The translations under genes were made by a program, and so were the position numbers. The notes below the pieces were generated by a model that saw only the letters and a list, made by a program, of their open reading frames with translations, did not search any database and had not been told where the DNA came from. This document shows positions 53,783 to 64,000 of a stretch of 64,000 nucleotides of DNA, piece after piece (positions within the stretch are counted from its first letter, which is position 1; every line of letters begins with the position of its first letter). Source of the stretch: Torpedo marmorata (taxonomy: Eukaryota); the NCBI GenBank assembly GCA_977017645.1, contig OZ360246.1, forward strand, positions 19,282,001-19,346,000, read 5' to 3'.

Positions 53783-55952
53783 TATATAGGTTTCCATTAT
53801 CAAATGATTTGATTTAAAAACAGCTTAAAAGCAAGACTCGAGTGTTGATCTTTGCTTTTAAGATGTTTGTTTTTGGTGTTGCTTTGAACCTATACACTTT
53901 GTGATGGTGAAAACAAGTTCCCCAGAGCTCAAGGTGATCATTTAGACAAATGAATCTTGGGTCTCCTACTTGTTCACAACCCTCTGAGGGAGTTCTGTGC
54001 AGTCATATACTGTAGATGAGAATGAAGACTTGGATAGGCTTGGAAATTGAACTTATCCCCTGTGATGCTGCCAAGTTAGTGGATATAACAAATTTGTAGT
54101 CAGTGATTCAGTGATGTCACCTATTTATTCAAATTAAAATCAGGAGTGTGCAGGCTCTGAATATAATGTTAAACATAGATGAAATAGGCCTGGATAGCAA
54201 TGTTATTCTCCACTCAGGAGGACACATCTGTATTAAATAATCCTCACTCATCCCTGAAAATCTTAAATAACAACAAACAACAAATCCTGAAATAGCAATA
54301 CCTATAATCATTCAGCTCTGGGATATTTGGAAACCAGGTGAAATTCAATGTTTTATTTCATCATTAAGATACAGTAGAATTTCTGTATATTTTATCAAAT
54401 GAAAAGGATTGTGTACACAGCTTTACATCTGGCAATTTAAGGGAACACTTTGAGGGTATATATTATGGTTTTCATACCCAGCACCAAAAGCTTCTCTGTA
54501 CAGTTCTCACCAATCCATTTTCTCTTTTTACAGAGAAGAGAATGTTATTTGATTGTGTAGAACGAGGGAGTGGTAACTGTAGTATTTACACCAAGGAGAG
54601 GTCTCAGAGAGAAAATGTCTGAAAAGAGTCATTTCTCTTCATCTGTGAAATTCAAAACATCTACCTCGGACTCTAAAAAAAATCATTTATTTTTTATTAT
54701 CACGATATTCCACAGCATCATTATACAGTTTCAAAAATGTAAACTGAGAATTTTGCTTTGGACCATTTTGAAAGGAAATTTAAATTACTTAAATTATTAT
54801 GAATTATTTTAAATTTTAGGAATGTCAGAATTAAAAGGATTGAAATGATACCTAGTTCTCACCTGTATCCTGGCTATAGATTATTCTCCCGAGGAAACTG
54901 ATTCAGGTGGAACCAGGCTTGTGGAAGTCAGAATCTTGTTTGAGTCAACTAGTGCTTCTGATTTAATATATTCTCAAAGGCTATTTCCACTTTCATAACA
55001 TTGCTTACCGTGGCCCAATTTCTGTTGAAACTCTCAAAGTTATTGTAACCTTTGGACTCCATTATTGCAATGATTCTCTGACAGGCTTCTTTCAACCTCG
55101 ACAGAGTGGAGCTAACCCAAACCAGATGGTCCTGTCCAATTCCACCTATTACATTTATCACTCAGCTCACAGACTAACTTCTGTCATGTTACATCTTTTC
55201 CATAGCTCATTCCTAACCTATGAACTTTATTTTTTTGATTCTGCCTTGTATTTCTTCCTCGTTCCTTTGCCTATCACTAGCATTGTGCATTCAGCTGTAC
55301 AGGTTCCAATCAAATTGTTTCCATAAATCCCTAAGCCTCTCTATAAACCCTTGTAGTTCTTCAGGCTTTCCCTCCAAATCTTTCCTTCTTTCTTTCCATT
55401 TCCAGTTTTCCTGTTACCTTTACAAAGTTGTGTTTTTAATGGTAATCATGCATACCGCTGTTGACATCTATCAGGGAGATATGGGTTTTCGATTAATTTG
55501 GGATAGTTGAGAGGAAATATGTTGAAGTGACTAACGTTGTAGAGAATCAGAATGACACAGGAGGAAGCCTTTCAGCCCATGGTCTCAATCAATCCCATTC
55601 TTTTGCCCTTTCCTGACAGCCTTGTAAACAACCTTTCCTTCAACTATTTCAACAAAAGGCATGTTCAAACACTTCCTCTTTTGAAAAAAAAAATTCTGAA
55701 TGAAGCTGAAATAAATTTAAATTCAAAAGAGCAAAACTCTAACACATAAATTCTTCAAGCTCAGTGAGAGGAGAGCATCAATTTTTAAGCCAGTTTTGAA
55801 AAACCTGTTCAATCACGACCGACTTCACCAATTGACAGTAAGAGCTTTCTAAAAATGTAACATTGCAGTGAGGAATCTCACCTACTAACAACATTCAAAG
55901 TTCAAAGTTTTGGAAATAAGAGTGTGCTGTGCCTAACTTTCTAAGCATTGAT

Positions 55953-56190
55953 TTAAATTTTTAAATTTAGACATCCAGCACAGTAACAGGCCCTTCCGGG
56001 GCTCGTGCCTGTGCCTATAAATACACCAATTTACCTACACCCCCCCGTACATTTTTGAAGAGTGGGAGGAAACCGGAGCACTCGGAGGAAACCCACACAG
56101 ACACAGGGAGAACGTACAAACTCCTTACAGACAGTGCCGGATTCGAACTGGGTTGCTGATGCTGTAATAGCATTGCGCTAACCGTGCTGC
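55953..56190 (-). mobile_element. V-SINE/HE1-like SINE
   Basis: Reverse-complement copy. Confidence 0.8.
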
Positions 56191-56371
56191 TTGATCTATG
56201 AATGGAAACTCAAATGCCGACATTTCCTAATCCACACAGCTGATAAATACAAAAATAATATGGTCTATCACAGTACTTACAGTGAAAAGATGTCCGAGAT
56301 ATATAAAGGGTTAGAACTTCAGTACATTTCCAGGGAATATTCTTTTCCAGGCAATGGGATTTAAATCTTAC

Positions 56372-56492
56372 CTATTGCTAGCTGAGGAAGTGTGCAACTC
56401 AGTCGCTCTGCAATGCCATTTAGTTCTTTTAGTTTTCCTTGCTGTCGCCTGCCTTCCTCAGTTAGAATCTTATCCTTCAACCATTGGTAACC
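56372..56492 (-). CDS. KCNAB2: KCNAB2 exon [40 protein letters not shown]
   Basis: Manual translation; AG acceptor, gtaag donor; 121 nt. Confidence 0.92.
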
Positions 56493-56791
56493 CTGTGAAT
56501 AGATAATGATTCAGCTCATGTTTATGCCCCAAAATGACTTGGCAGTTGTGGTAGGTGAGGCAATTCACTTTGTGTCCGAACGTGACAGTTATGTTAGTCA
56601 CTCTCTTTGAATGAATCAATGAGGTAGTTCTAAAGTATACGAGAGTAATGCCAAAAAATTGAGTTCTTTTCTTTAAAATCAGTTTGTTAATGACATAATA
56701 TCAGAGAGATGAGAGTACAAGGTGTAACTTAGATAATTCCAATTTCCTAAACTCAGTTACATCCATTTCCCCATTGATTTTAAATATCTTT

Positions 56792-57710
56792 CTTTCTTTT
56801 TTAAATCTCTTTATTAATTCCATAAAATCATAGTTCATTCTCTATATACGTTTACAGAAAAAAAAGCAAAGAAAAGCATTATCACATGTTCCATTAATCC
56901 ATCCATAAGAGTATACATTACAGATATATATCATTTTTTTTCTTTACAATTTAGTATTATAATACCAATAGGTATAAAAAGAACCAAGCCACCAAAAAAA
57001 AGATAACATAGTAATTTCATCATAATACATTTTTTTATAAAAGCTAAAGCAATCTAAACTAGCCTACCACCTACCCCCACCCCAGAATTGCACTGACCTG
57101 TAGAAATAATATAACTTCAAATCATGAGGAATAATAACTCTGATAATAGTCAATAAAGGAACCCCAAATATTAGTAAATTTTAGGTTTAATTTAATGTTT
57201 GAACATCTAATCTTTTCTAATGTTAAATAGGACATTAAACTTGATAGCCAATCTTTATATATAGGAGGATTACCATCCTTCCATTGTGGATAAAATAAAG
57301 GAGGCTTGGGAAAGAGATTTTTTAGAAGTTTTTTCACCTTCAGTGTGGTCCAATATTTTGGACCGTATCCATACCTCTTCATTATGTGCAAGACATAATT
57401 TAATTCAATTCAAAGTAGTTCACAGAGCTTATTACTCAAAATCTTTACTGGCTAAATTTTCATCAAATATATCATCTATGTGTGATAGTATGTTCATGAA
57501 GGTACATTATTTCACATGTTTTGGTTGTGCCCTAAGTTAGTTAGATTTTGGAACAAAATTTTTTGTACTCTTTCTTTGGTTTTAACGACTCAATTAGATC
57601 CAAATCCGTTTATAGCTATATTTGGTATAAATGATCCTAGTAATCATGATCTTACTAATAATCAAAAACATGTGATTGCTTTTTCTTCTCTGGTTGCAAG
57701 GCGACAGACC
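56792..57710 (-). mobile_element. L1-clade insertion with 5' inversion
   Basis: 3' part on minus up to about 57285, upstream part on plus at 57286-57710; 18-bp TSD TTGATTTTAAATATCTTT at 56774-56791 and 57711-57728. Confidence 0.88.
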
Positions 57711-57752
57711 TTGATTTTAAATATCTTTAAATTTCATCTGAAAAGCCAAATA

Positions 57753-58296
57753 CAGTACAACTCCGATTATCTGAAATGGTCGGGACTGGGCCTATTTCGG
57801 ATAAACTATATTTTCCGATAACTGGTCATTTTTTAAAAACAGCCCAGAAGCAACAGCAAATCACTTGTAACAGTGTTTAAACAACAACAAACAACAAGGG
57901 AAGGCTTTTTAAGCATGAAATAATGTTTAATTCTCACCAAAAAACAACCTGAACAAAATAAGATAAATCCAACATCAAAAACTCGAAATTCTATACTCAG
58001 AGGTTTTTCCAAACTTTTTACAACCTATGACGTCAGTTTGGCTCCGAAAAAATTTCGGATAACTGAGGATTTCTGATTGTTTCGGATATCCTCATTTATC
58101 CGAAAATTTTCGGAGGCAAAATGACGTCATTTTGGCTTCGAAATTTTTCAGATAAATGAGGATTTCCGATTTTTCTGAAATCCTCAATTATCGGAAAAAA
58201 TTTTCGGAGCCGAACAGACGTCACTTCTGGGTCCAAAAAGTTTCGGATAACTGAAGATTTCAGATAATCCGATTTTGGATAATCGGAGTTGTACTG
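57753..58296. mobile_element. Tc1/pogo-type MITE with internal repeats
   Basis: TIR CAGTACAACTCCGATTATC; TA flanks; repeated tttcggataa/gaggatttc units. Confidence 0.85.
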
Positions 58297-58466
58297 TATA
58301 GCAAAAATGCTATTTTTTAGACTATCTTATCAAAACAGATTGAATATTGACACCATTCAAATTCCATGCTGAAATTTTCTACCCAGAGTGGAGCACTGAA
58401 ATTACATAACCCTCTTGATCACAGAAATAAAATGCAACCTGACAATATTTTATTTTATTACTATAC

Positions 58467-58561
58467 CTTTAAGGAAGCTCTAGAATAAGGAGGAACACCT
58501 GCATCATATTTTCCAGAAATAATGCCACAAGCCAAGGGAGACCAAGTCATTGCACCAACAC
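58467..58561 (-). CDS. KCNAB2: KCNAB2 exon [32 protein letters not shown]
   Basis: WSPLACG motif; PPYSRASLK is beta-2-like; AG/GT. Confidence 0.92.
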
Positions 58562-58815
58562 CTTCATGAAGAAATGTCGCAAGGTTAGATACACTGAAAC
58601 TCATGGGTTTCCAGCAATACACTAAAGACAAGGTTACTGTTAAGGATAGCAGCCATTCAATAATCTCAGGCAAATTCAGAACGAGGTCATTATTGGGGCT
58701 TTCTCCCTTGCAGTGTCTGCTAAATGATCCACAATCTTTGGAAGAATGTCACATAGGAATGGAGGCAGAACCAGGTAGGTGATGGTTATGAAATTTTATC
58801 TGACAAAATATTTAC

Positions 58816-58936
58816 CAATCTTATGGAAGAGCTCTGGAAGCTGCACTTCAACTTTCTCTCTTTGGAAGAGGTGATATTCAGCTTGTTCACATATTGGGGG
58901 GATGAGATTAAATTGACGAGCCACTGAGTAAGCCTC
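58816..58936 (-). CDS. KCNAB2: KCNAB2 (Kv beta-2, aldo-keto reductase fold) exon [40 protein letters not shown]
   Basis: Kv beta peptide; AG/GT on minus strand; 121 nt. Confidence 0.92.
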
Positions 58937-59538
58937 CTGCAGGACAGAGATGATGAACATATGACAGAGTAACAACAGTGGAGAGACTTTGTAACTCATC
59001 TCAGAAGAGAACCTTTCATGAAAAATACATTAGGAAAAAAAGATAAGAAAAGGGTTATTTCTAGGTTACGGAAGATTCACTATTTTTCTTTGTTTTCATA
59101 CAACATTAAGATTCATTCTTTGCTCCATCCTCCAACATTACTTCTCAGCAATTCTATTCACTGAAAAATCAGCATTCATTTGCAGTAAATTTAGACTAGT
59201 GCTATAAAATACAAACACATGTGAACAAAAGATATACCGTATATTTCGGCGTATAAGTTGACCCCCCCCGCCCATTTCAGCCTCATTTTAATGGTTTTAT
59301 CATATATCGGGCATATAAGTCGACCCCCAAAAATCGCGATGCCTGAGATGCTGGGCATTGACCAGCATATAAGTCGACCCACAACGATCGCGATGATTGA
59401 GCTGCTGGGCGTTGGCTGGAGGTGATTGTTATCATGGAGGCTCCTTTGAAACAACGAAAGTATGAGGTAAGTTTTAAATTAAAAGTGATAGAAATGGCCA
59501 AGAAAACCATCTGTGCTGCTGCAAGAAAATTTGATATA

Positions 59539-60282
59539 CAGGTAGACCTCGACTTATGACCAACGCGAGTTACGTCTACCCGCACATACGACCAAAATTT
59601 TTTTTGTATTAAAAGTACTGTATATATGTTGAGATTCTTTATTAGAGTATTTACTTGAAGTTCATAAAAATCTCATCGCGAAAAAAGCGGGGTTTCAATT
59701 AAGCATTGTAACAGTTGAAATTAAAACACAGATCAATGGCTGTCTTCGTTACCCATAATCCCCCACGCAACTGGAACCGCTCTGCGTTTTCCTGGCGCTG
59801 GCAGAGCGGTTCCAGCTGCGTTGGGGATTATGGGTAACGAAGACGGCCATTGATCTGTGTTTTAATTTCGAAGACATGTTCGGGGCGTCAGAAGCTCGGA
59901 TGGACGGGCGGCCCAGGCAAGGATCCGCGGTCGGGGGCTCCGGTGGGTGGGTGGCCGAGGCGACGAGAGCTTGCTTGGGTGGGCGGTCGGGGCGTCTGGA
60001 GCTCTGATGAGCGGGTGGCTGGTGCGTTGGGAGCTCGGATGGGCAGGCGGTCGGGAGCTCGGATGGGTGAGCTGTTCCATAAGGATGGGTTTCCCTTGAA
60101 TTAGCTAGGACCAGAATCCAAGTTAATACACCAACTAGAGCTGGAAACAAAGCTTTAAACTGAAAATAATGTTGGTGGGGGTGGTAGCAGATATGCGCGG
60201 CAGGATGAATCCGACTTACGACCAATCCGAGTTACGACCACTCCTTCGGTCCCAATTACGGTCGTAAGTCGAGGACTACCTG
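59539..60282. mobile_element. Tigger-like MITE inserted in the pogo transposase
   Basis: TIR CAGGTAG(A/T)CCTCGACTTA(T/C)GACC; TA TSD. Confidence 0.85.
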
Positions 60283-60566
60283 TATAAGAAGTTGGTAAGA
60301 GATTGGAGGAAGAAAGAAGAGACTTTAAGAAAAATACCAAAAAGGCAATGTTCGATGAGAAGAGGAATCACTCGTTGGCCAGAGTTGAAAAACGTCGCAG
60401 CATGGGTACATGAACAGAGGCAAGATTGCTACATAGTCACACGAAATAAAATAAGAACATTTGCACTGAAGTGGGCAAAGTCGCACCCAGAACTCAGTAA
60501 TGATTTTGAAGCTACAGTAGGCTGGTGCAACCGTTTCATGAACAGGAAAAATCTGGTATTACGACA

Positions 60567-63157
60567 CCCTCCATCGTGCTGACTGAACACCGGCGTCTGG
60601 AAAAACTAGGGGAGGCGGCGTTTGTGCTATCATCAATTCATTGTAGTGCACAGACGTGACGGTCATGTCCCAGTCCTGCTCCCCCAACCTGGAACATCTG
60701 GCGATCAAGTGTCGCCCATTCTATCTGCCGAGGGAGTTCACCGCCATCATCCTGGTCGCAGTGTACATTCCGCCCCAGGCTAACGTCAGGCTGGCACTGG
60801 AGGGACTGAGCACTGTGATAAACAGCACATCCTGATGCCTTCCCGATCATTGTGGGAGACTTCAATCAGGTCAATCTGAAGAAGTCACTGACAAACTATC
60901 ACCAACACATCACATGCGAGACCAGGGGAACCAACACACTCGACCACTGCTACACCACCGTGAAGAACGCATACCGAGCCATACCACGACCGCACTTCGG
61001 CAAGTCTGATGACCTGGCTGTACTTCTACTCCCGGTGTACAAGCAGAGACTGAAGACCGCAGCACCAGTGGTGAGGACGGCGAAAGTATGGTCGAGGGGG
61101 GCGGAGGAGCGTCTGCAGGACTGCTTTGAATCGGTGCACTGGAACATATTCAAGCACTCATCCATAGACGTAAATGAATATGCAACAGGTGTCATCGACT
61201 TCTTCTAGACCTGCGTGGATGAGTGTGTGCCCACGCGCAAATACCGGGTGTTCCCCAACCAGAAGCCCTGGATGAATCAGAAAATTCGCAATCTGCTGAG
61301 GGCGAGAACAAGGGCGTTTAAGGCCGGGGACCGGGATCTTTACAAGAAGTCCAGGCACGATCTGCGGAAGGCCACCTCTGAAGCAAAGTGGCAATTCTGG
61401 AGGAAGCTAGAGACAGAGACAGATACACTCCAGCTATGGCAGGGAGTGCAGGCCATTACAGCCTACAAAGGGAGGGCGAACACTAAAGACGGCTGTGATG
61501 ATTCACTACCCGATGAGCTGAACACCTTCTATGCCCGCTTTGAGAAGAAGAACAAAACAGTGCCTACTAGAATCCCTGAAAAGGCTGAGGACCCTGTGAT
61601 ATCTGTCTCTGAGGGCAACGTCAGAACATCATTCAAGAGGGTGAACCCTCGCAAGGCGTCAGGCCCTGACAGCGTACCTGGCAGGGTACTGAAAATCTGC
61701 GCCAACCAACTAGCCGGAGTGTTCACGGACATTCTCAACCTCTCATTGCGGCAATCAGAGGTTCCCACCTGCTTCAAAAGGGCATCAATCATCCCGGTAT
61801 CCAAGAAGATTAGTGTGGGCTGCCTCCACGACTACCGCCCAGTAGCACTAACTTCTACTGTGATGAAATGCTTTGAGAGGCTGGTCATGGCCAGAATTAA
61901 CACGTACCTAAGCAAAGATGATGACCCACTGCAATTCGCCTATCGTCACAATTGCTCCACAGAAGATGCAATATCGCTGGCTCTCCACTCAGCTCTGGAT
62001 CACCTCGAAAACAGCAATTCATACATACGGCTGCTCTTCATCGACTACAGCTCGGCCTTCAATACCATTATTCCCTCAGTGCTGGTCAAGAAGCTACAAA
62101 CTCTCGGCCTCTGTACCCCACTCTGCAACTGGATCCTTGACTTTCTCATCGGAAGACCACAGTCAGTACGAATTGGAAACAACGTCTCCTCCTCACTGAT
62201 TATCAACACAGGCGCACCCCAAGGATGCGTGCTTAGTCCACTGCTCTACTCGTTATACACCCATGACTGTGTGGCCAGGCACAATTCCAATGGCATCTAC
62301 AAGTTTGACGATGACACCACAGTTGTCGGCAGAATCACAAACGGCAATGAAGAAGCGTACAGGAGGGATATAGATCAGCTCGTTGAATGGTGTAACGACA
62401 ACAACCTTGAGCTCAACGTCAGCAAAAACCAAGGAGATGATTGTGGACTTCAGGAGGAAGTCAGGGGAACACGACCCAGTCCTCATCAAGGGCTCAGTAG
62501 TGGTGAGGGTCAAGAACTTCAAATTCCTGGGTGTCAACATCTCCGAGGATCTGTCCTGGAGCCTCCACGTTGATGCAATCACAAAGAAGGCTCGCCAGCG
62601 GCTATACTTTGTGAGGTGTCTGAGGAGATTTGGTATGTCACCGAAGACTCTCGTAAACTTCTACAGGTGTACCGTGGAGAGCATTCTGGCTGGTTGCATC
62701 ATTGCCTTGTATGGAGGTGCCAACTCACAGAACAAGAGTAAACTCCAGAGGGTTGTTTACTCGGCCTGTGACATCACAGGCACCAAACTTCACTCCATCG
62801 AGGACATCTACATGAGGCGGTGTCTTAAATAAGCAGCCTCTATCCTCAAAGACCCCCACCACCCAGGCCATGCCCTCTCCACTCTGCTTCCATCGGGAAA
62901 AAGGTACAGGAGCCTAAAGACGAGCACTCAACGGCACAAGGACAGCTTCTTCCCCGCTGCCATCAGATTCCTGAATAATCAATGAATCAAAGACACTGCC
63001 TTACTTTTCGTGCACTATTATTTATAATTTTTTATAGTAATGTCGTAAGATGGTTAATATGAATGTTAATTGCACTATGATGCTGCCGCAAAACACCGAA
63101 TTTCATGACCTGTTTATGACAATAAATTCTGATTCTGATTCTGAAATTCTGATTCTG
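60567..63157 (+). mobile_element. Rex1/Babar LINE (APE remnant plus RT) inserted in the pogo transposase
   Basis: [34 protein letters not shown] and [14 protein letters not shown] peptides; (ATTCTG)n tail. Confidence 0.9.
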
Positions 63158-64000
63158 AAAAACAAAAATTGCTCAGATACTACCAAGGATCTTGATCATA
63201 AAGTTGTAAGTTTTCACCAGTTTACTATACGTAACCGGCAGAAACACAAGTTTGCATTAGCAAATATTGGAAACATGGACGAAACCCCCTGAATTTCGAC
63301 ATGATAGGCAATAGAACAGTGGAATGGAAAGGTGTGAAAACTGTGCAAACCAGGAGTACAGGCCATGAAAGGACCAGGTTTACCGTGGTGTTATCGTGCA
63401 TGGCCGACGGGACAAAGTTAAGACCCATGGTAATCTTCAAACGCAAATTTAAACCTAAAATAAAATTCCCTGTGGGTATTTTTGTACATTTTCATGAAAA
63501 AGGATGGATGGATGAAAATGGCGTAAAACTATGGATAGACAATGTGTGGAACAGGCGGCCAGGCAGTTTACGCAAGGAACAGAGTTTGCTGGTCTGGGAT
63601 ATGTTTCGTAGCCACTTAACTGAGAAGACTAAAAGTAGATTAGCACAACATAATTCTTCCAAGGCAGTTATCCCGGGTGGTTTGACGTCTATATTGCAAC
63701 CTCTCGATGTCTACTTGAACAAGCCATTCAAAAACCATGTGCATGAAGAGTGGAATACATGGATGACGAGTGCAGAAAAATCATTTACAAAAGGCGGGGC
63801 AATGCGTGCTGCATCGGTTGATGAGCTGTGTGACCTTGTGCTCAAGGCATGGGACAAAATGAAAGTAGAGACTGTAATAAAATCGTTTAAAAAGTGCGGT
63901 ATCTCTTGTGCAATTGATGGTACGGAAGATGATTTATTGTGGGACACTGACGACGAAGCTGGAGCCGTCCCATCAGATACAGACTGGGACCCGTATGATG

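Larger units (their letters stand above)
59237..64000 (+). mobile_element. pogo-family (POGK-like) DNA transposon with a disrupted transposase; runs off the window end
   Basis: TA then CCGTATATTTCGGCGTATAAG; ATG at 59434 (KYEVSFKLKVIE..AAARKF); CENP-B-type HTH (GWCNRFMNR); DDE_1 motifs NMDETP, LVWDMFRSH and LQPLDV. Confidence 0.85.

Noticed and set aside
57960-58296. Semi-regular repeats resembling a CRISPR array
   Set aside because: Eukaryotic intron; units are degenerate, in both orientations, inside a TA-flanked MITE; no cas genes

Overview
Vertebrate genomic DNA. The repeat content (V-SINE/HE1-like SINEs, CR1/HER1-type LINEs, Rex1/Babar, Penelope) points to a cartilaginous fish, but that is inference. 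Two convergent, tail-to-tail genes are present. On + is the 3' half of CHD5 (18 coding exons traced, 7493-38160). On - are the last five coding exons of KCNAB2 (58936 to 50082). This matches the known vertebrate CHD5-KCNAB2 synteny. The introns hold nested transposons: L1-clade, CR1, Rex1/Babar and Penelope retroelements, SINEs, Tc1/pogo and hAT MITEs, and a disrupted POGK-like pogo transposase. Most notable: about ten hammerhead-ribozyme-like motifs in Penelope termini and in short fold-back derivatives; a U12-type minor intron holding a Penelope insertion; a GC-AG intron; a CHD3-like terminal SUMO-interacting motif (VICIED) on CHD5; and an L1 with a twin-priming 5' inversion and 18-bp TSD. 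I found no evidence of a wholly new multi-gene system. All calls are by eye, with no database search.
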